Part shown: piece after piece, positions 58,483 to 64,000 of the stretch
Layout: each line of letters starts with the position of its first letter
Numbering within the stretch: position 1 is the first letter of the stretch
Source of the DNA: Patescibacteria group bacterium
GTDB lineage: Bacteria; Patescibacteriota; Patescibacteriia; UBA2196
Reading direction: 5' to 3'
DNA length: 64,000 nucleotides
Assembly (NCBI GenBank): GCA_036845805.1
Contig: DAIUDD010000002.1
Span: 55,868-119,867, forward strand
The notes under the pieces: model-generated
What the model saw: the letters and a program-made list of their open reading frames with translations, nothing else
Database searches by the model: none
What the model was told of the DNA's origin: nothing
Translations under genes and position numbers: made by a program

Positions 58483-60057
58483 CTAATTATTTGGCAAGGG
58501 TTGGTATTGGAAGATAAAAATTAAAACAATAAAGCCAATGCCCAAAGGATGATTTAAATAGGGGGTAAAGATATTAACGGCGAGTAAGGCCACTAAGGCG
58601 ATGCCAAATGAATAATGAATTATGAATAATGAATTATGGTTTTTTTGATTTAAGTTTGAAAAATTAGAATTTGTTTCGAATTTTAATAACTTTTTTATAA
58701 TTAAAAAAAATAAATATAAATAAATGCCTAATCCAACTAGCCCAAATTTAAGGATCATATCCAAATAGCCCCACTCAGAAGCATAAGTAGTCACTTCGCC
58801 GCTTTGGCCAGCAGTTTCATTAATTAAGCGCGGGTCAGTGCTAAAATAAGTAAAAGTGGCGCCAAAGCCAGAACCAATTAGAGGGTGTTTTTTTATACCT
58901 TGCCATAAGGGTGTTAATTGATTCAGGCGGGCAGCCGAGGCAGCTTCACCTTGAGTTAAACGTTGGCCTAAAATACTAGCCCAGTCCCCCACTGGTTTTG
59001 GCGGCAAAAAATAAATGGCACTAACCAAAACCAGACTGGCGAATAAAAATAAAATTATTTTTCCAATCTGTTTTAAAATATTAAAAAATTTTTCTTTAGT
59101 GATAATAAAATAAACCAAATAACTAAGCAGGCCGGCGATTAAACCCACCCAGAAACTGCGGGAAAAAGAAATAATTAGCACGGCTAAACAAAAAATTGGC
59201 AATAAAAAATCAATTAAGATTGAATAAATTTTGTGTTCAGTTTTTTTAAATTTTAAACCAACAAACAAAATAAAAAATAAAATTAAAACATAAATTTGCG
59301 CCGGCATAAATATGCGCCAGACATTGCCAGCCACATGAGTAATTTCAGCGACATTGGTATCGCGCACCCATTGATATATTTCCGGCAGAAAAAAAGAAAC
59401 TTGATGAGTAAAAATATAAAATAAAAATATAGTTTTTAAAAAAATAACACTGCCGGCAGCGCATAAAATTGAGATAATGTTTATTATGAATTTGTGTTTA
59501 TTCGTGTTCTTATTGGTGTAGATTAGTGTCATTGGCAGCGCAACTAACCAATACAACCAATTATTAAAATCTAAAAACACATTACCAAAATCATTGCCGC
59601 GAATTATTCCCCAAACAAAGGCCCAGACAACAATGATTGTCATTCCGAGTTCCGCAATTAATGCGGAACGAGGAATCCTGCGGAAAACAGAATTAATTTT
59701 GTATAATGTTTTGCTTTGTTTTTCACGGGATCCTTCGTCGTTAACACTCCTCAGGATGACATTTACTAAAAACACTGCCATCACCACTATAAAAATTCCC
59801 ATCCTTATAGATAAAACCGTGTTACCTAAATCTACCGAAAACAGATATCCTTTAGAACCAACAAATAATTCTGCTAGTAAAATATAAAGGCCATATTTTA
59901 ATTTGTATAAAGATAAAAAAAGCGTGGCTAAAATTATAGCCACAAAACAAACCGTATTTAGCCAATGATTGGCCCAGCTTAAATATGACAAAATTTCTGC
60001 TAAAATTAGCAAAAAAAATGTAATTTTAAAATATTTTTTACTAATAAAACTTGACAT
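58483..60057 (-). CDS. O-antigen ligase/polymerase-like (Wzy/WaaL family) polytopic membrane protein carrying an in-frame palindromic element
   Basis: More than 10 TM helices and a large periplasmic loop; the element at 59636-59762 encodes VILRSVNDEGSREKQSKTLYKINSVFRRIPRSALIAELGMT. Confidence 0.6.
   Translation of the reverse strand: MSSFISKKYFKITFFLLILAEILSYLSWANHWLNTVCFVAIILATLFLSLYKLKYGLYILLAELFVGSKGYLFSVDLGNTVLSIRMGIFIVVMAVFLVNVILRSVNDEGSREKQSKTLYKINSVFRRIPRSALIAELGMTIIVVWAFVWGIIRGNDFGNVFLDFNNWLYWLVALPMTLIYTNKNTNKHKFIINIISILCAAGSVIFLKTIFLFYIFTHQVSFFLPEIYQWVRDTNVAEITHVAGNVWRIFMPAQIYVLILFFILFVGLKFKKTEHKIYSILIDFLLPIFCLAVLIISFSRSFWVGLIAGLLSYLVYFIITKEKFFNILKQIGKIILFLFASLVLVSAIYFLPPKPVGDWASILGQRLTQGEAASAARLNQLTPLWQGIKKHPLIGSGFGATFTYFSTDPRLINETAGQSGEVTTYASEWGYLDMILKFGLVGLGIYLYLFFLIIKKLLKFETNSNFSNLNQKNHNSLFIIHYSFGIALVALLAVNIFTPYLNHPLGIGFIVLIFIFQYQPLPNN
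59636..59762. mobile_element. Family-1 MITE-like element (TIRs attgtcattccgag / ctcaggatgacat) inserted in-frame in the Wzy-like gene
   Basis: 127 bp with about 13-bp TIRs; preserves the reading frame (42 codons). Confidence 0.65.
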
Positions 60058-60129
60058 AATAATAATAATAAGCTAAGATGGGTGCAAATACTTATGACAG
60101 TGGTCGTAAACATACCAAAAAGGAGGGTG

Positions 60130-60557
60130 TCATGAAAAAGGAGATGTCCATTCGTGATTTTCTGATGATGCCGGAGATCGTGGACTCGCTCATTGGCGAG
60201 GTGATCAAAACAATGGTGAACGGAAATTTCGTCGAACCCGATGACGCGGTAGCGGGTTCGGAAAGAGTATTGGGGGAAATGAATGCGCTCGAAAGAGCTT
60301 TGTACACCCTCCTTTACAACTGTAAAAAAGAACACGAAACGATGGAGGAACGCCACGACCACAAGAAGTGTATGTCCATCGGGCAGAGAGCTGCTTCTCT
60401 CCGGGGAATGCTTTGGGAGAGCGTCGAAAAAAGGTTTGCCGCCGGGATTGACAATGAAGAGGTCGGTGGCACGGGGGTGCGAAAGGGCTTCAAAATTGTC
60501 ACTTTTCCTCCCCAAACATCCTCGGTCTTCATGGAGATTTTAAGAGCCAGTCTTTAA
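60130..60557 (+). CDS. Hypothetical protein (142 aa) in a self-contained high-GC cassette
   Basis: RBS aaaggaggg before the ATG; GC about 48%; upstream ttgacataataataataataag motif; downstream terminator 60566-60600. Confidence 0.5.
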
Positions 60558-60565
60558 GTTACGGG

Positions 60566-60600
60566 TCACCGGTGAAACCACCGGTGATTTTTTATTTTTT
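60566..60600 (+). terminator. Terminator (tcaccggtgaaaccaccggtga + T-run)
   Basis: Perfect 9-bp stem plus T-run. Confidence 0.65.
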
Positions 60601-60686
60601 TATCTTCTACCAACCTTTAGTTAAGGGTCGGTTCCGATTTATCAGGGCTTTTATTTTTATTTAATTTTCGGTAACACTACTCTTTT

Positions 60687-60773
60687 TTGTCATCCTCGTT
60701 CACCTTTTGTCATCCTCGCGAAAGCGAGGATCTGGGTATTTTTTTGGATTTCCGGTTAGATCGGGAATGACAA
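60687..60773. mobile_element. Family-1 MITE-like element (ttgtcatcctcg ... gggaatgacaa)
   Basis: Duplicated left TIR (ttgtcatcctcg twice) and a gaatgacaa right end. Confidence 0.55.
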
Positions 60774-60782
60774 ATAAAAATA

Positions 60783-61808
60783 TCACAAATCTTTACTCTT
60801 ACCTACTTTTTTTCTAATCCCTGCTATGCTATCAATGATAGTTAAAAATAAATTAGTGGGTTGCGCGAGCCAGAGAATAAAAAACTGCCAAAAGGGTTTA
60901 TGTTTTTTAAAATAATGGTATAACGACCGGTTAAAATTAATCTGCTTGCGCAAACTTGGCCAGTGTTTAAAACTTTGCTCTTTGTGATGAATAATTTGCC
61001 AGGCTGGATAAAAATAAATTTGATAACCCACGTCTTTAGCTCTTTTACAAAAATCAACTTCTTCAAAAATCGCCCAAAATTTTTCATCAAATAAGCCAAT
61101 TTTTTCAATAACTTCTTTTTTAATTAACATGGCCGCGCCCATCACCTGATCCACGGCCATATTTTTGTCATGATTAAAATCCAACATAAAATATTGGCGC
61201 GCGGCTTTAAATTTTTCCGGCCAGAAATTATAAAATTTTAATTGAATTAATAATTGGTCTGACAACTTGGGGAATTGGCGACAAGAGCGTTGAAGCGTGC
61301 CATCAGAATTTAATAATTGCGGGCCGAGAATACCAATATTCTTGTTTTTAATCATAAAATCAATGGCAGCTAAAATTTTATCACTAATAAATTCAGTATC
61401 GGGATTAAGTAGAAGAATGTAATTATCTTGTTGTCGGGACAGGTCGCGACCTGTCCCGACGAGTAAAACAGAATTTAGAGCTTGATTATTGGCTTTAGCA
61501 AAACCCACATTTTTTTGATTAATAATAATTTCTAAATTATCCGAACTAAAGTTCGGAGTTACATTAAAAACAGCACCATTATCTGTAACTCCGGTCTTTA
61601 GACCGGATTGTACGGCCAAAAATTCTTGCACTGCCCTAACTGTACCATCAGTTGAATTATTATCTACTAAATAAATTTTCCAATTCACTTCTGACACTGG
61701 ACGCTCTGACACTTTGACACCTTTTTTCATATATTCAAAAACGGACTTTAAACATTTTAAAGTCAATTCGCGCGTATTCCAGGAAACAATAATAATATTT
61801 AAAAACAT
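60783..61808 (-). CDS. Family 2 glycosyltransferase containing three in-frame repeat insertions from three different families
   Basis: GT-A motifs IIVSWNT, YLVDNNSTDGT, LLLNPDTEF; inserts: family-4 at 61689-61722 (VKVSERPVSEV), family-5 at 61583-61613, family-3 at 61433-61460 (VGTGRDLSR). Confidence 0.75.
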   Translation of the reverse strand: MFLNIIIVSWNTRELTLKCLKSVFEYMKKGVKVSERPVSEVNWKIYLVDNNSTDGTVRAVQEFLAVQSGLKTGVTDNGAVFNVTPNFSSDNLEIIINQKNVGFAKANNQALNSVLLVGTGRDLSRQQDNYILLLNPDTEFISDKILAAIDFMIKNKNIGILGPQLLNSDGTLQRSCRQFPKLSDQLLIQLKFYNFWPEKFKAARQYFMLDFNHDKNMAVDQVMGAAMLIKKEVIEKIGLFDEKFWAIFEEVDFCKRAKDVGYQIYFYPAWQIIHHKEQSFKHWPSLRKQINFNRSLYHYFKKHKPFWQFFILWLAQPTNLFLTIIDSIAGIRKKVGKSKDL

Positions 61809-61811
61809 ATC

Positions 61812-63230
61812 TTATTTATGAACGATTACTTTGGTTTTGTCAACCTCGACCCAATCATAAACCTTTTTGGCTTCACCAATACCAAGACGCACACAACCAT
61901 GGGAAACAGCGCGGCCTAAACTGGTTTCACCTTCGCGTCGGCCGTTTAAAAAGGGCAATTCATGAATCCCATTTTCCAAGCCACCGGATTTATAAAAACC
62001 AATAAAATAGGGCATGCCCCACTTTTGGCCATCAGCGCCACCATAAGCCATGGGGTATTTGGAAAAAGCAGTAAATTCTCCCAGCCGCGTGGGGGTGGAT
62101 GGTTTGCCAGTGGAAGTTAAGACATCGTCAATCAGATAACCGTTTTGATAATAACGAAAACGTTGCTTCAAAACATCAATATCAATATATTTATAAAGTT
62201 CAGCGCGGCCGGTAATTATACTTTCTGGCAAAACTAAAATTTCTTTTTCTAAATCTTTGTCAAAATTGCCAACTAAAGGAATCAGGCCACCATTAAATTC
62301 TGGCATAAATTCAATTTCGGGCAAATCGGTTTTTATCTCACCCCAACCATCGGTTATTTTCAGGCGCGAACCACCAGCAATACCGAGCCCGATAACAATT
62401 TCGCCCGTCTTATTTTGATCAACATCAAAACCAAAAATGTGCAAACCTAACAAATAATTTTGATCAGTAATATTTTTTAATTCATTAACCAAACTTAAAT
62501 CGCCGCGGTAAATACTAACTTTAGCCTCATTGCCTTTACCGCCGGCAATTAAAATTTCTTCTTTACCATCACCGCCCAAATCAATTGAGCTGAGATTGAC
62601 TTCTTTGTTTTTGAAATTTAATTTGTTGCTCTTGATTAATTCACCGGCGCTGGAAAAAATTTTAATCACGATATTATTGTTTTCTTCGGCCACAGCCACG
62701 ATTTCATCTTTTTGATCGCCATTAATATCAGCGCAGGCAATCTCGGCACCATGATGATATTTTTTATCAAAAGCAAAAAAACCGGCATTAATAACTGGTT
62801 CGCCATAACCATTAAAAATACGAATATGGGCAGTGCCCCCTGGACCAGCACTGGTTAAAATTTCTCCTTGACCATCGCCATTAAAATCACAGCCAGCTAC
62901 CTTAACCCCGCCTAAAAAATTTTTATCATAAGCTAAAAAACTGTTTATAGTCGAACCATCACTTCTCATAATTTTCACCACTGGGCTTTCGAGGCGGCCA
63001 CTGCCAATTAAAATTTCCTCTTGGCCATCACCGCCTAAATCAATAAGCGCGGCTGAATAATTTAAACCAGCGGGTTTAAAATTAAACTCGTTTTCTAATT
63101 GACCATTAAGAACAGAAAATATTTTGGCCGCGCCAAAATTTTCAGCCGCTTGAGCAAGGCCTAAACCAAAAAATAAATAAATGAAAATTAAATTTATAAC
63201 TAAAATAAAATTTGGAATCTTATAGTTCAT
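61812..63230 (-). CDS. L,D-transpeptidase (YkuD domain) with N-terminal FG-GAP-like repeats
   Basis: Repeated DxxGDGxxEIL units (DLGGDGQEEILIG, DFNGDGQGEILTS, DINGDQKDEIVAV, DLGGDGKEEILIA); C-terminal catalytic HGCVRL. Confidence 0.75.
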   Translation of the reverse strand: MNYKIPNFILVINLIFIYLFFGLGLAQAAENFGAAKIFSVLNGQLENEFNFKPAGLNYSAALIDLGGDGQEEILIGSGRLESPVVKIMRSDGSTINSFLAYDKNFLGGVKVAGCDFNGDGQGEILTSAGPGGTAHIRIFNGYGEPVINAGFFAFDKKYHHGAEIACADINGDQKDEIVAVAEENNNIVIKIFSSAGELIKSNKLNFKNKEVNLSSIDLGGDGKEEILIAGGKGNEAKVSIYRGDLSLVNELKNITDQNYLLGLHIFGFDVDQNKTGEIVIGLGIAGGSRLKITDGWGEIKTDLPEIEFMPEFNGGLIPLVGNFDKDLEKEILVLPESIITGRAELYKYIDIDVLKQRFRYYQNGYLIDDVLTSTGKPSTPTRLGEFTAFSKYPMAYGGADGQKWGMPYFIGFYKSGGLENGIHELPFLNGRREGETSLGRAVSHGCVRLGIGEAKKVYDWVEVDKTKVIVHK

Positions 63231-63264
63231 GCGATAATTATAACAGAAAATAACCTAATTTAAA

Positions 63265-63290
63265 AAACGCTCGAATAAGCGTTTTTTATT
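63265..63290. terminator. Terminator (aaacgctcgaataagcgttt + T-run)
   Basis: Perfect hairpin. Confidence 0.55.
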
Positions 63291-63316
63291 TTCCATAATA
63301 CATAATAATTTATACA

Positions 63317-63991
63317 TTATACATTAATCTTCACTCCCGGTCCCATAGTGGAACACAAAACAATTTGTTTCAGATAAACGCCTTTAACGCCAGCCGGCTT
63401 GGCTTTTTTTAAGGCTTCTATAAAAGTTTCATAATTTTCTTTTAGTTTGGCTTCGGACCAAGAAATTTTGCCCAAGAGCTGGTGCACATTGGAATTTTCA
63501 TCGCTTTTAAAAACAATCTTGCCACCTTTTAAATCAGCCACGGCTTTTTTAATATTGGTGGTGACGGTTTCGTTTTTGGGACTGGGCATTAAACCTTTGG
63601 GCCCCAAAATTTTAGCGACTTGAGCCAACTCTTTCATCATCTCGGGGGTGGCGACGGCGACCTCAAAATCAATCACACCAGTAGTTTTAATTTTATTAAT
63701 TAATTCTTTGTTGCCAATAATATCGGCACCGGCTTCTTTGGCTTCTTTTTCATTGTCAGTAAAGACAGCGATTTTTTTGCTTTTGCCAGTGCCGTGCGGT
63801 AAAACCACGGCCGCGCGCACTTGCTGTTCGCCTTTTTTGGGATCAGTACCCAAACGCACGTGTGCTTCCAAAGATTCATCAAACTTGGCTTTGGCTGTTT
63901 CTTTAATTAAACTTAATGCTTCGTCCAAAGAGTAAAGTTTGTTTTTTTCAATTTTAGCTTTAAGAGCTAAATAACGTTTTGATCGTTTCAT
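63317..63991 (-). CDS. rplA: 50S ribosomal protein L1
   Basis: MKRSKRYLALKAKIEKNKLYSLDEALSLIKE...GTGKSKKIAVF... is canonical L1. Confidence 0.9.
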   Translation of the reverse strand: MKRSKRYLALKAKIEKNKLYSLDEALSLIKETAKAKFDESLEAHVRLGTDPKKGEQQVRAAVVLPHGTGKSKKIAVFTDNEKEAKEAGADIIGNKELINKIKTTGVIDFEVAVATPEMMKELAQVAKILGPKGLMPSPKNETVTTNIKKAVADLKGGKIVFKSDENSNVHQLLGKISWSEAKLKENYETFIEALKKAKPAGVKGVYLKQIVLCSTMGPGVKINV

Positions 63992-64000
63992 AAAATTTTC

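Noticed and set aside
60051-60079. Promoter-like ttgacataataataataataagctaagat treated as evidence of a shared cassette promoter
   Set aside because: Not fully rejected. The motif is AT-rich and low-complexity, and it overlaps the start codon of the Wzy-like gene on the opposite strand. The 19-nt identity with 26984-27002 could partly reflect compositional bias, so it is reported with moderate interest only.
1-64000. CRISPR arrays, tRNA and rRNA genes
   Set aside because: No regularly spaced direct repeats with unique spacers were seen, and no tRNA-like T-arm or acceptor signatures or rRNA segments were recognised by eye. A tRNAscan or Infernal run would be needed to be certain.

Overview
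This is a 64 kb, AT-rich (about 33% GC) and densely packed bacterial chromosome segment. Its gene content and style suggest a reduced-genome Patescibacteria/CPR-type organism: ribosomal proteins with N-terminal extensions, an RNA polymerase alpha subunit without a C-terminal domain, a short AlaRS, and an acetate-fermentation module. Core genes read from the sequence are listed here. A ribosomal/RNA polymerase block on the minus strand: rpsI, rplM, rplQ, rpoA, rpsD, rpsK, rpsM, rpmJ, infA. Then alaS, a VirD4/TraD-like membrane ATPase, a CaCA antiporter, corA, cysS, a Dus-family tRNA-dihydrouridine synthase, and a heat-shock locus (hrcA with CIRCE, grpE, hsp20, dnaK, dnaJ). Then rnhA, recJ, the 2-oxoacid:ferredoxin oxidoreductase alpha and beta subunits, ackA-like, pduL-like, secA, tmk, gatB, miaA, miaB, ftsW/rodA, dnaE, rplY, a DUF3048 protein, three GT2 glycosyltransferases, a Wzy/WaaL-like polymerase, an FG-GAP/L,D-transpeptidase, and rplA. 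No tRNA, rRNA or CRISPR arrays were recognised. The main unexplained layer is an extensive population of short palindromic or inverted-repeat elements of at least six sequence families. Many copies are intergenic. A striking number sit in-frame inside conserved genes (alaS, dus, miaA, korA, a GT2, the Wzy-like gene, secA) or supply stop and start codons (recJ, gatB, rnhA, hrcA). This resembles the Rickettsia palindromic element phenomenon. One palindrome is split by a GIY-YIG nuclease gene. A four-helix-bundle protein gene is bounded by perfect 18-bp inverted repeats. Several small, high-GC (45-50%) foreign-looking cassettes are present: positions 8040-9700 with two unknown proteins and a hairpin-rich non-coding tail, and single-gene cassettes at 17259-17453, 27063-27419 and 60130-60557. 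The last two share a 19-nt identical promoter-like motif. A small CxxC...CP[TAG]CG zinc-ribbon ORF is interrupted by an amber codon.
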